A stretch of DNA of 24,208 nucleotides from a virus (taxonomy: Duplodnaviria; Caudoviricetes): positions 1 through 24,208 of IMG/VR virus record IMGVR_UViG_3300038379_000958, one strand, 5' to 3'. Shown one piece after another: positions 15,575-24,208 of this stretch. The notes below the pieces were generated by a model. The model had not been told where the DNA came from. It did not search any database and saw only the letters and a list, made by a program, of their open reading frames with translations. Within the stretch, counting starts at the first letter, position 1. The number at the start of each line of letters is the position of its first letter. A program made the position numbers and the translations under genes.

Positions 15575-16210
15575 TTATTGCAGCGGAATGATCTCTAGCA
15601 GGGTGAAACCATTGAGTTTCGTGATCCGCGCAAGGAAATCGTCGCCGTTCGTGGTGGTGAACGAGCCGTTGACCTTGGTAAATCCGCTCGTGGTAATGGC
15701 TCCGGCCGATGCGTTGTTGGTGTACTGAATGGCCATCTCGTAATCGCCAATGGCCGTAGGCGGGGCCAGAGTATGTGCGCCGCCGTTAATTGTAAATTGA
15801 AGCTTTCCGTTGGCCGGGTCCGGCGTGTACGTGCCGCCCGTGAAGGTCCCCGCGTTGAAGGAGAAACGCGGAAACAGGGAGAGGGGGGCCCACGCCGTAC
15901 CAGTGTAAATGTAGTGCTGGTCCTCATCGGCGACCCAAACAACAAAGCCTTCGATGGGGGTGTAATAGACCCATGCGCCGTCGTCCCTGACGGCAATGGT
16001 GTCGATATTCGGGTTCGCGGTCAGCAAATAGATGTCGCCTTCCGACGGCGATCCGGGGACTGCCGCCACGCGGTCAAGGACTTTCGCGTTCAGCAGCACC
16101 GACAGAAGACGCAGGTTCGCGTCCATCTCGGCTCCCCAGCCGTTGAATCCCGTCCCCCAAAAACCGATCAAAGCGGAAAGCCCAAGACCGGGCAAATCTC
16201 TACCAGCCAT
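15575..16210 (-). CDS. DUF2793-like virion appendage protein
   Basis: PGSPSEGDIYL..IAVRDDGAWVYYTPIEGFVVWVADEDQHYIYTGTAW pattern; ATG 16210 follows GGAGAG. Confidence 0.78.
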   Translation of the reverse strand: MAGRDLPGLGLSALIGFWGTGFNGWGAEMDANLRLLSVLLNAKVLDRVAAVPGSPSEGDIYLLTANPNIDTIAVRDDGAWVYYTPIEGFVVWVADEDQHYIYTGTAWAPLSLFPRFSFNAGTFTGGTYTPDPANGKLQFTINGGAHTLAPPTAIGDYEMAIQYTNNASAGAITTSGFTKVNGSFTTTNGDDFLARITKLNGFTLLEIIPLQ

Positions 16211-16258
16211 TTTTCTCTCCAATTACCCCTGGATACGTATACGAATATCGGACGAGTG

Positions 16259-19200
16259 TCAATTTTCTCCGGTCAGTCCTCCGGGCGTTCCGGGGTCCGT
16301 CGGTCCGTGTTCGGGCGTTTCCGGGGTTTCCGGGGTCTGGTTGGCCTGCGCCATCGCCTCACGGATAAGCTTGACGCCGGACTTCGCTATCTGAATTCGG
16401 ATGGCATACATGTTATCGAAGATTTGACGTTTGTCGCTTGCCGACATCGTCTTGTCGTATGTCGTGCGCTCGATGATCTTCCGTGTCTTGGTCAGCGCTT
16501 TCAAAATCTTGTTGAGCTTGAGACCGGCGCGCGGGTCTTGCTCAAGTTTCGCAACTTCCTCGAATTCTCCCCGGTCCTTCATGAGCCGGATGGACTCCTT
16601 GAACTTGTTCACCTCTCGCGCCAGGTCGTAGAATTCCCGCACGGGGGCAGCGTTCTTGCCCGGATTGCGGGCAATGAACGACGTTTCGAACAGCTTGAAA
16701 TCGGAATCTCCGGGAGCGCGGCCAGACCCGAGAGCGGGGTCAAAAAGATGGATTATGTTCGTGCCGATGGTGCCGCTGAAATCATTGACAAGCTTGTCAA
16801 CGTACAATGGCGAAAAGTCGGTGAGGCCGATCCCCTGCGGCCCCAAACTGTAGCTGATGTTCTTGGCCAGTTCGCTTGTCCAAGGTTGATACTGTGTATA
16901 CCCGAACGCCCCGTCCATGCTGGGCGGCACGATGGGAATCCCGGTTTGCGGGTCCGTGCCGGTGACCAGTTCAACGGGAACCTTCACGTACGGGCTTGCC
17001 AGGACCGGGCCGATGCCGGGAGGCAGGATGGCTTGCAGGACACTTGTCTGGAAGCCTTTGAATGCTTGCGGATCGTCCTTCTTGTACCAATCGAGGAACC
17101 GGTTCGGCAGACCGCCAAGCCAAGGCTGAACCACGAATGGCGTCGGAATGTTGTACTTGACCCCACCAAACCATATGGGAAGCTTGTTGTCGTAAGCATT
17201 CGGCCCCATGGATGAAATGCGGTCCTGCTCCGGGACACCGTTCGCTTCTTCATACCACTCGTTGTACATCCGAACCGCGATGTTCGCCATGGCCCACGAG
17301 CCTCCCAGGTAGGCCAGGCGGCCGGGATTCTTGGCGATGTTCCTGATAACAGACTGGGCACCCCGGACCGAGCTTGGAAAGAACGGTGTCCAGGTCATCA
17401 GGAACTGAAGCATGCGGTTTCCGGCTTTTTCCGCGAAGTCGCCGGATACCTTGCGCCCCTCCAACGCCGACTTGGTTATCCCAAGCTCTGGCGCGGCCTT
17501 CTTGGCCACGGTGTATCTTGTCAGCGCATCGCCCGCGCGCATGATTTCCCGTGCCGTGGCTGCGGTGGATCGGAACTTCTTGGCCGCCAAGACCAGGGGG
17601 TTTCTCACCGAATTTGTCATTGCATCGAAGTGCCCGATGCGGTCCAACGCGACCATGTCATCAAAGGAACTGCTGCGGGCCATGTCCACGAGCGCCGCAC
17701 CCATTCCCCCGTTCACGCCGAATTCCTGGAATTTCTTGACTATGGCGTCGTTCGGATTGTCGGGATCAAGCCCGCCCGCCTTGACGGCCTTGATTCTCTT
17801 TCTGACCTGACCGAACACCGTCAACACGTTCGGGATGACGTTGAGATACGGAACGCCCCCGTACTTGTTGACAAGAGACGCGGTGGCGCCGTCTCGCAAC
17901 ATCGATTTGATAACGAATGCCGGAGTCTCCACAGTCAAAGTGCGCACGCCACGAGCGGTACGTTGAACGAAAGCGTTCGCCAGCCCCGGATCGAAATCGC
18001 TAATACCGTGCAACATCTCCACGATCTCGCGGCTGATGAACGTGTCCTTCGGACGATACTCCAGGAGTTTCCCCTTCTCCCGGAACCGGATGACCAGGTC
18101 CCCGTCCTTCTCGGTGAAGGTTTCTTTCGGTTCGGGCCAGCCGGTGACGGGATCGAATGCCTCGTCCGAACGGTCTATAACCCGCAAAGGGCCGTCCTTG
18201 CGGCTTTGCGCAAAGACCTCCAAATCCATGTCGTGGCCGTACCTCGGTACAACGTCTTCCCCGTCGAGATACTTGAGCATCATTGCCACTGTGTATGCCC
18301 GCTCACGGTTGACCGCCACGGCATGCTCGCCGCGACGCGTCAATTCCATGGCCGACAAAACCGGCATCTTGACCCGGTTTTCCTGCCCTTTGGCGCGTTT
18401 GAACAACCCGCGCCCCGTTATCTTCTGGTCGTCCGTGTACTGAGGAAACCAGTTCGGGTGACTTTCACGCCATGCATCAGCCCGTCCCTTGCTTATCAGG
18501 CCGCTGGCCACATACTCATCTATGCGGTTGTCCACGGCATCGCGCCATTTCGCCACGGCTGCATCATATTTGGAGCCGTCTTGCTCCAGTTTACGAGTGG
18601 CAATGGCCGGATCGAGCGTCGTTACCTTTCCAAGTTTCGCCCGGTCCAACGTGTCGCGGGCCTGCATGTGCAAAACAAAACCGCCGTAACTGCCCTTGTC
18701 GATCTTCACTGCTTCCGCCAGGGCGGCGGTCAATGCCGGAGAACCGTCAAAAACATGCGCGACACGTCCCTTGTCGTCCGTGACAAGCTTCATGCCGCCC
18801 AGGAATATCCGAGACGCCGCACGCTCGCGCACGGACCCGCGCAACTGGGCAATGTCGGTAAGGCTGAATTCTTCCGTTGGCTTCACCGCGCGGTCAAAGC
18901 GCCGCGCCGGATTGTACTCCGACAACTGCGTGAACCCATTTCGCACTATATCGCGAACATTGGCCTTCTCTTTCTCCGGAAGGGCAAAGGTCTTTCGTAT
19001 TGCCGCATCAACTTGGTCCGGTGTCATATCGGCGGCGGGCGGTTCTCCAGGCGGTCCCTTTGGCGGTTCTCCCGGAGGCCCCCTTGGCGGCCCCCTTGGC
19101 GGCTCCATGACGGTGTTGTCGTCCAAACGATCCGCAGAACGAAGAATCATGTCTTGCGTCTCGTTGGACAGATTGTCGAATACGCGGCCATCCGCCCGGA

Positions 19201-20761
19201 ACCGCATGGCACGCTCTGGCGAGTCGCTCATCGAAATGAGGACGGCTTCCAAGTCCACGGTCCCATCTTCGTCCGTGAAAGTCTTCACGTATTTTTCCGC
19301 CAGCGTGGCCGCGACGGTGCGATTGTACTCCGGGTCCGTCAGCTTGGCCGGATCAAATCCATGCTTCCGCGCCAGTCCGGGCGTGATTTGAAACACGCCT
19401 ATTGATCCGGAGGGCGACACATAGTCCGGATCGGACCTGTCAAGCAGTGCAAGAACCTGATTCGGCGATGCGGCCGTGACCCTAAAAATCCCGGTTTCCG
19501 GACTTGCCTTGGCGCTTTCACGAAACTGAAACGGCTCGGGTTCTTCCGGAGCATCGGCTTTCACCGGCATTTCTGCGGCTTTCACCGGCATTTCTGCGGC
19601 TTTCACCGGGTCACCTTCGACGGCCGCCGGGTCTTTCCAGGGCTGAATTATCGGGTCCCCGTGCTGGTTCGTGGACACGATTGATTGTTTTAGATATGGG
19701 TTGTTGCGAGCCGCGTTGCCGATATCGGCCGGGTGTACCCCGGTTTGGCCCCAAATCTCCTTCATATTGTTCATGACCTTGGCGCCGAATTCCGTCGGAA
19801 CGAACCGCCCCGACCTGCCCACCATCGATCCGATGGCGCCAACGTGCGATACACCGGCAAGAAGGGTCCCGACGGCGAAATCCTTCATCGTGGGAAGCCG
19901 CTGTTCAAGCGCGGCAGCGACCGTCGATTGGACACCACCGGACACGATATCCGCGCCAAGATAGCTGACGGCCCGGTTCGCGCCCACTCTTTGAAGCTGG
20001 TTTGCCGCCGGCCCAAGAACAACGCCGCCAACAAAACCTATGCCGCTCGATACAGCCGTTTTCTTCAAAACTCCGCCCCAAGCCTCGGCCATTTCCCTGG
20101 TGGATGCGTCCTCCCGCTTGGAAAACTGCAAGAGCGCGCTCTCGCGAACGAACGTGGTCGCACCCGAAGCCGCCGCCATACCGAACGCCGGGGCCAAGGG
20201 TCCCGTTTCGGCCGCAACGGTCGTACCGCCAACAAATGCCGGAATCGCAATGGGCAAATCGGCCAGCGTTTGTCCGACGGCGAAAGCGACTGCCGAGCCG
20301 AATGACGGATTGTCGCTTGGCCTCATGGTGGGCCGGGTTCCCAGCGCGAGATTTACGTTGCCAACTTCCAGACCGGCCCAAAGATTGTCAAGCCAACTGT
20401 TCGGGTTGGCTTCGTCCAGGGACTCGTACGACCAGCCGGTCTGCCTGAGTTTGTCCTTCCCCATTTTTTCAACGGCCGCGACCGTGTTCTGCTCGCCCCA
20501 GAATGCTTCAATCCGGTCCTTGGTCGCGCCATTGTCGGCAAGCTTTTGCGTCAAATCGTGCTTGAATGTCGCGATCTCCTCGTTGGAGTACCCGGCGTCG
20601 CGAAGCGAGTTGAGCATGCGAACACCCTTCGGTTTCTTCGCATCCTCGGGAAGCGGTTTCAGTACCTGCTTTGCGGCTTCTTCTCCGGCAGCCGAAAAGG
20701 CCTGGGCGGTTCCGGCCACGAGCGCAAGGGGCTCGGGAACCGGGGCTGTATCTTCAGCCAT
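16259..20761 (-). CDS. Large internal virion / DNA-ejection protein with degenerate SLT-like domain and LPD38-like C-terminus
   Basis: 1500 aa, last of the internal-protein series. SPSGSIGVFQITPG...LTDPEYN is SLT-like; the C-terminal IPTPF..PVELVTG..TGIPIVP..QYQPWTSELAK..SPLYVDKLV resembles LPD38. Confidence 0.78.
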   Translation of the reverse strand: MAEDTAPVPEPLALVAGTAQAFSAAGEEAAKQVLKPLPEDAKKPKGVRMLNSLRDAGYSNEEIATFKHDLTQKLADNGATKDRIEAFWGEQNTVAAVEKMGKDKLRQTGWSYESLDEANPNSWLDNLWAGLEVGNVNLALGTRPTMRPSDNPSFGSAVAFAVGQTLADLPIAIPAFVGGTTVAAETGPLAPAFGMAAASGATTFVRESALLQFSKREDASTREMAEAWGGVLKKTAVSSGIGFVGGVVLGPAANQLQRVGANRAVSYLGADIVSGGVQSTVAAALEQRLPTMKDFAVGTLLAGVSHVGAIGSMVGRSGRFVPTEFGAKVMNNMKEIWGQTGVHPADIGNAARNNPYLKQSIVSTNQHGDPIIQPWKDPAAVEGDPVKAAEMPVKAAEMPVKADAPEEPEPFQFRESAKASPETGIFRVTAASPNQVLALLDRSDPDYVSPSGSIGVFQITPGLARKHGFDPAKLTDPEYNRTVAATLAEKYVKTFTDEDGTVDLEAVLISMSDSPERAMRFRADGRVFDNLSNETQDMILRSADRLDDNTVMEPPRGPPRGPPGEPPKGPPGEPPAADMTPDQVDAAIRKTFALPEKEKANVRDIVRNGFTQLSEYNPARRFDRAVKPTEEFSLTDIAQLRGSVRERAASRIFLGGMKLVTDDKGRVAHVFDGSPALTAALAEAVKIDKGSYGGFVLHMQARDTLDRAKLGKVTTLDPAIATRKLEQDGSKYDAAVAKWRDAVDNRIDEYVASGLISKGRADAWRESHPNWFPQYTDDQKITGRGLFKRAKGQENRVKMPVLSAMELTRRGEHAVAVNRERAYTVAMMLKYLDGEDVVPRYGHDMDLEVFAQSRKDGPLRVIDRSDEAFDPVTGWPEPKETFTEKDGDLVIRFREKGKLLEYRPKDTFISREIVEMLHGISDFDPGLANAFVQRTARGVRTLTVETPAFVIKSMLRDGATASLVNKYGGVPYLNVIPNVLTVFGQVRKRIKAVKAGGLDPDNPNDAIVKKFQEFGVNGGMGAALVDMARSSSFDDMVALDRIGHFDAMTNSVRNPLVLAAKKFRSTAATAREIMRAGDALTRYTVAKKAAPELGITKSALEGRKVSGDFAEKAGNRMLQFLMTWTPFFPSSVRGAQSVIRNIAKNPGRLAYLGGSWAMANIAVRMYNEWYEEANGVPEQDRISSMGPNAYDNKLPIWFGGVKYNIPTPFVVQPWLGGLPNRFLDWYKKDDPQAFKGFQTSVLQAILPPGIGPVLASPYVKVPVELVTGTDPQTGIPIVPPSMDGAFGYTQYQPWTSELAKNISYSLGPQGIGLTDFSPLYVDKLVNDFSGTIGTNIIHLFDPALGSGRAPGDSDFKLFETSFIARNPGKNAAPVREFYDLAREVNKFKESIRLMKDRGEFEEVAKLEQDPRAGLKLNKILKALTKTRKIIERTTYDKTMSASDKRQIFDNMYAIRIQIAKSGVKLIREAMAQANQTPETPETPEHGPTDPGTPGGLTGEN
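19038..19103 (-). repeat. Imperfect 12-bp coding repeats (PPRG/PPGE/PPKG)
   Basis: Encodes PPRGPPRGPPGEPPKGPPGEPP. Confidence 0.8.
19555..19609 (-). repeat. Perfect 21-bp tandem repeat, about 2.6 copies
   Basis: cggctttcaccggcatttctg x2 plus cggctttcaccgg; encodes PVKAAEM PVKAAEM PVKA. Confidence 0.92.
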
Positions 20762-21710
20762 TCAGAGTCTCCTTGGCCCACTGGGGAAGGCTGTTAGCAG
20801 TGTAATCCTTCCCCCACGCCCTTGTCCTGCCCGCCCGGAGATGTACAAAATCGCCGTACACACCAATACCGGGGACCCCGCTCTGCCGCGCATTCTTGAC
20901 AAACGCGCGCTTTTCGGAATCAGACATGCCGGATACGTTGACCGTAACCGACTGTCCATTTGGTGTCGGACGAAAATCGAAAGCCTTTCCAAACCTCTTT
21001 TGAATACCGTCAACGGCATCAAGAAGCGGGCGGCTTACGTGCTTGATATCGGGCGTCTTGGCGGAATTGGTACCGAGAAGGGGGTGCCTGAGTGGCTTGG
21101 ACGCCGGGGTACTGCCGGAGCGAAACAACTCCGCTTCGGCGTGACGCCTAACAATAAGCCCCTTCAGTGTCACGCCTTTCGATTTTGTCCAACGCCCGAA
21201 TGCAGCGGCAGCCCCGGCAAAGTCCCCCGCATTGAACTTTTTGAGAACCGTCGATTTCGAAAACGCACCAATCCCGATGTTGTAGGCCAGCGACACCATG
21301 GCCGCCATTTGATTCGGCGATGCCTCTCGGGTCAAGCGTTTGGACACATTTCCGGCAAACTTGGTGTAAGCCTGTTGGAACAATTCTTCAGCCTGCTCTT
21401 TCGTTATTTGGGTTCCGGGGCCGACCTGCAAGCCTCCGGCTGCTGATGTATGGCCATAGCCGATGGTCCATGTGCCGGTGGGATCACGGTATGCCGTGAG
21501 GCGCAGACCCTCGTGGGCCTTTATGAGATTCTGCGCGCCTTCAACCCCCGAAAGGGCTCCACTGGACGGGACCAGCGGTGGCGGCGCCATGGAGTCCTTT
21601 AATTCGAACTCGGGCTCAGGTGCAGGCGCGGGCGCGGGTGTAGACGGGTCGGAACCCGGCAACGCCCCGAAAATCTCTGCGTCCCCGAATTTTGTCTTTA
21701 TTTTGATCAT
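20754..21710 (-). CDS. Internal virion protein with GH24 lysozyme and degenerate M15-like peptidase domain
   Basis: Intact E-x8-D-x5-T (EGLRLTAYRDPTGTWT), IGYGHT, SLAYNIG; C-terminal GIGVYGDFVHL..G..RAWG. Confidence 0.85.
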   Translation of the reverse strand: MIKIKTKFGDAEIFGALPGSDPSTPAPAPAPEPEFELKDSMAPPPLVPSSGALSGVEGAQNLIKAHEGLRLTAYRDPTGTWTIGYGHTSAAGGLQVGPGTQITKEQAEELFQQAYTKFAGNVSKRLTREASPNQMAAMVSLAYNIGIGAFSKSTVLKKFNAGDFAGAAAAFGRWTKSKGVTLKGLIVRRHAEAELFRSGSTPASKPLRHPLLGTNSAKTPDIKHVSRPLLDAVDGIQKRFGKAFDFRPTPNGQSVTVNVSGMSDSEKRAFVKNARQSGVPGIGVYGDFVHLRAGRTRAWGKDYTANSLPQWAKETLNG

Positions 21711-23251
21711 TCGGACATGATCCGGTTTATGTAATTACTGGCAGATTCGCCTTCCCGCTTGTTGAACCAGGTATCGGGTGCCTCGACATCCGTTATTTGT
21801 TCGGATTTCTTGTCGGTGTCCTTGAAAAACTCCATCGCCTCTGTGCGAGAATACTCATAGCTTCCGAGCGCCTCGTTCGCATACTCTTTCCACTCTTTCG
21901 GGGATTTTCCGGCCGCAATGAACTCGTCGTATTTCTCCATCATGTCGTCTTCGTAATCCTGGTACCGGTCGGCGCCAAACGTGTCTTCGTTCCCGACGGC
22001 GGACGAAGTTATGAAGCTCTTTTTCGAGCGAAGCCATTTCCGGGCCTGGGACGCCTCCCGGCTGGCGTTCACGGGTTTGTTTACCAAACCCATGTAATGG
22101 TTGAAACCCGATTCCGTGAGGCGGCCATCGGTGGCGGCTTGCAGGATTTCCGCTTCCGTCAGGGTTTTCTTGAGCGCCCGCGCCGTGAAGTCCAACACGG
22201 TCTGCTTGTCGTTTCGCGCGGGAAAATCGCCCGTTACCGAACGCCGGGCCTGCGATGCCGCCCAATTTCTTCGGGCCTGGATTTCCTCCGGGGACAGAAC
22301 GTCCTTGTACTGCAACGCCAAAGCGTCAAATTTTTCCATGTAGTCGGGCGGAACCTCGAACCTCCCATCCTTTCCGGGTTTCACCGACAGTTGCAGCTCA
22401 TTGATTGCGGCGCTTGCTTCTCTCTGGCGCTGCTTAAGCGCGGCCGCCGATGCAGCCAATTCGTTCTGGTCAAGCTCGGCATCCCGACGGTCGGCGTCTT
22501 CAAGAAGTTTTTGTTTTTGGTCACCATCGATGAAATCGTCGAAGTCACCCCGCTTGATGACCTCTCGCGCCTGCTCGGGCGAATCGTGTATCCACTGCTC
22601 GGCTGCAGTCTGTGCATATTTGCGGTTGTTCTCGTCCTTGAGCTTGGACGCCGTGCCCTTGTCGATGCCGTGGGCCTCGGACAAAGCGTCTATCGCTTCG
22701 TTCGACTGCTCGATGATGGAGCGCCACGAGGTGGGGCTGCTTTGTATTGAAACGCTGAACTGCGAATACACTTTCCCGACCTGCTCGGCGCCCCACTGCG
22801 CCGCGACATTCGCCTGGTCGGCAGACACGGAAGTGTAGAAATGCTTGAACGCCCGTGCGCGGGCCGTCTGAAAGTACTGCCGCGCCTTCTCTGTCTTCAA
22901 GTCGGCGCCAATGGTGTCGAACGCCTTCTTGAAGTCTTCCTCTATGAACTTCGTGGCAGTGGAACTGTCTCCCGGATCGGACTGAGACAGTTTCTGCTTC
23001 CACTGAACGGAAAGATTGGCGTTCGTTTCAGCCACAGCGGCCGTGAGCGACGCTATTTCTTCTTGGGATGCCTGTCTGTCATCCTGTTCGAATCGCGACG
23101 CAAAGGCCCCTAAGCCGCGTCCAAGGTCGCGAAATGCCCCCTCGATCATCTGCCCCCGATAATATCCGGATTGCGCGGCGTCACGGGCCTGCGCGGCCAG
23201 TGGGCCGGCGTCAGGAAAGATGTTGTTGGTGTACTCTGGAATCTTCGGCAT
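21707..23251 (-). CDS. Internal virion / ejection protein (helical)
   Basis: 514 aa, MPKIPEY start, Ala/Gln/Glu-rich helical composition, positioned in the podovirus internal-protein series. Confidence 0.7.
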   Translation of the reverse strand: MPKIPEYTNNIFPDAGPLAAQARDAAQSGYYRGQMIEGAFRDLGRGLGAFASRFEQDDRQASQEEIASLTAAVAETNANLSVQWKQKLSQSDPGDSSTATKFIEEDFKKAFDTIGADLKTEKARQYFQTARARAFKHFYTSVSADQANVAAQWGAEQVGKVYSQFSVSIQSSPTSWRSIIEQSNEAIDALSEAHGIDKGTASKLKDENNRKYAQTAAEQWIHDSPEQAREVIKRGDFDDFIDGDQKQKLLEDADRRDAELDQNELAASAAALKQRQREASAAINELQLSVKPGKDGRFEVPPDYMEKFDALALQYKDVLSPEEIQARRNWAASQARRSVTGDFPARNDKQTVLDFTARALKKTLTEAEILQAATDGRLTESGFNHYMGLVNKPVNASREASQARKWLRSKKSFITSSAVGNEDTFGADRYQDYEDDMMEKYDEFIAAGKSPKEWKEYANEALGSYEYSRTEAMEFFKDTDKKSEQITDVEAPDTWFNKREGESASNYINRIMSE

Positions 23252-23253
23252 GA

Positions 23254-23871
23254 CTAGGCGGCCTTCTTGAGCTTGAGTCCAAGCGCCCCGTAATCGACAC
23301 GCAAATAGCCGCCATGCTCGTGAACCGCTTCCGGACGAAGCATGGCAACCTCGGACGCCATGACGCCCTCATAAACGGTATTGTCGTCCTTGTAGTTGAA
23401 GCGATAGATGCCAATACCGTCGCCACGACGACCGACAAGCTTCACGTTCTCTTTCAAGCGGTCGTCCGAAAACGCGCCGAGCACACCACCAATGAGCCCC
23501 AGGATACCGGTTTTGGTCGCCTTGGCGGAAGCCTCTGCCTGGGCAGCCTGTGCCATGTACGACTGGTACTCAAGTTTGGTGTTGAGCACGTTCACGGCCT
23601 TGGACAAGTAGCCCTGTTGAAGATTGGACTGGATGGCATCCTTGGCGCTGCCGGTAAGCGCGATATTGCCAGCGCCGGCCGCCGCGATTCCTTCGCCTTG
23701 CAGCTTGTAGATTTGACGGTCAAGGGCAAGCCCCTTCAGTTCCCCGGAAATCTTGGTGATACGCGCCGCTTCCCGATACGACGCGGCGGCCTGCTTATAG
23801 CCCTTGGCCATGGCCTTCCCACCAAGGAAGCTGCCGATACCACTGAAAATACTGCCCAAACCGCCAAGCAT
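23254..23871 (-). CDS. Small internal virion protein with C-terminal peptidase S74-like (intramolecular chaperone) domain
   Basis: Gly/Ala-rich amphipathic N-part, then FSDDRLKENV..GIGIYRFNY..GVMASEV..PEAV..LRVDY. Confidence 0.8.
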   Translation of the reverse strand: MLGGLGSIFSGIGSFLGGKAMAKGYKQAAASYREAARITKISGELKGLALDRQIYKLQGEGIAAAGAGNIALTGSAKDAIQSNLQQGYLSKAVNVLNTKLEYQSYMAQAAQAEASAKATKTGILGLIGGVLGAFSDDRLKENVKLVGRRGDGIGIYRFNYKDDNTVYEGVMASEVAMLRPEAVHEHGGYLRVDYGALGLKLKKAA

Positions 23872-23872
23872 T

Positions 23873-24208
23873 TCACTTGTCCTGAGTCATCACATATCCG
23901 CCGATTGAGGTAATCGTGCAAGGATACTGTCTATTGCATTCCCAGGCAATACCCCCCTCTTTCGAGTAGTTGTCTTCAAGCGTGGAGGTTATGACGCCGC
24001 TGAACCGATCCGGGGCCACGGTGGGGATTCCGTCATCGTTGATGAACTTTATCGGTAGCATGTGGTTGAACCGCGTGCCGATGGATACGCTGAACGTATC
24101 GTTCATGTGCGCCGACCACCAGTGCGTACGCCTGATCTTGCCAAACGCGGGTCCGGCGGCGGCACCCGCATCCTGCCCGAAGTCCGGGCGAAGAAGCTGG
24201 CCGCGACT
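23873..24208 (-). CDS. Tail tubular protein B / nozzle, C-terminal end (5' part outside the window)
   Basis: Frame open to the window edge: SRGQLLRPDFGQDAGAAAGPAFGKIRRTHWW...PDRFSG...YPCTITSIGG; lies directly upstream of the internal virion genes. Confidence 0.7.
   Translation of the reverse strand, partial: SRGQLLRPDFGQDAGAAAGPAFGKIRRTHWWSAHMNDTFSVSIGTRFNHMLPIKFINDDGIPTVAPDRFSGVITSTLEDNYSKEGGIAWECNRQYPCTITSIGGYVMTQDK

Larger units (their letters stand above)
1..24208. mobile_element. Tailed phage genome segment (podovirus-like; replication module with PolA/DUF2800/DUF2815/SNF2, plus virion and lysis module)
   Basis: Dense genes, many ATGA-coupled. Replication and structural/lysis arms converge near 13.8-13.9 kb. 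No cellular housekeeping genes. Free phage versus prophage cannot be decided from this window. Confidence 0.95.

Noticed and set aside
14386-21306. The duplicated lysozyme segment as a diversity-generating retroelement TR/VR pair
   Set aside because: No reverse transcriptase in the window, both copies lie within coding enzyme cores, and the differences are not adenine-specific.
15773-22750. Long plus-strand ORFs (15773..17215, 17630..19405, 20040..21446, 21797..22750)
   Set aside because: They are antisense shadows of well-supported minus-strand virion genes in GC-rich DNA and have no recognisable motifs.

Overview
A 24.2 kb segment of a tailed dsDNA phage, probably a podovirus of an Alphaproteobacterium (host is inferred). 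No host genes, integrase, tRNA/rRNA or CRISPR array were seen. Left arm, mostly + strand: a coupled early cluster (pentapeptide-repeat protein, unknown SCM-motif protein, M28 peptidase), an inverted Prim-Pol/AAA primase-helicase, then SprT-like protease, HD nucleotidase, SNF2 helicase, DUF2800-like nuclease, DUF2815-like SSB, family A DNA polymerase, Hjc-like resolvase, HTH-metallophosphoesterase, DUF5664-like dNTP diphosphohydrolase and a membrane-anchored trypsin-like protease. Right arm, - strand: end of the tail nozzle gene, four internal/ejection proteins, two appendage proteins and a lysis cassette. The arms converge on three back-to-back 10-bp hairpins. Most notable: (i) the virion lysozyme is a close paralogue of the phage's own endolysin (33-bp exact match), while the neighbouring M15-like and SLT-like muralytic domains look catalytically decayed; (ii) the endolysin is fused in frame to a holin-like membrane domain and preceded by an uncalled 58-aa holin with an apparently leaderless promoter; (iii) the triple-hairpin element; (iv) a PolA with an atypical motif B beside nucleotide-pool enzymes. 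All family calls come from motif recognition by eye, not database searches.
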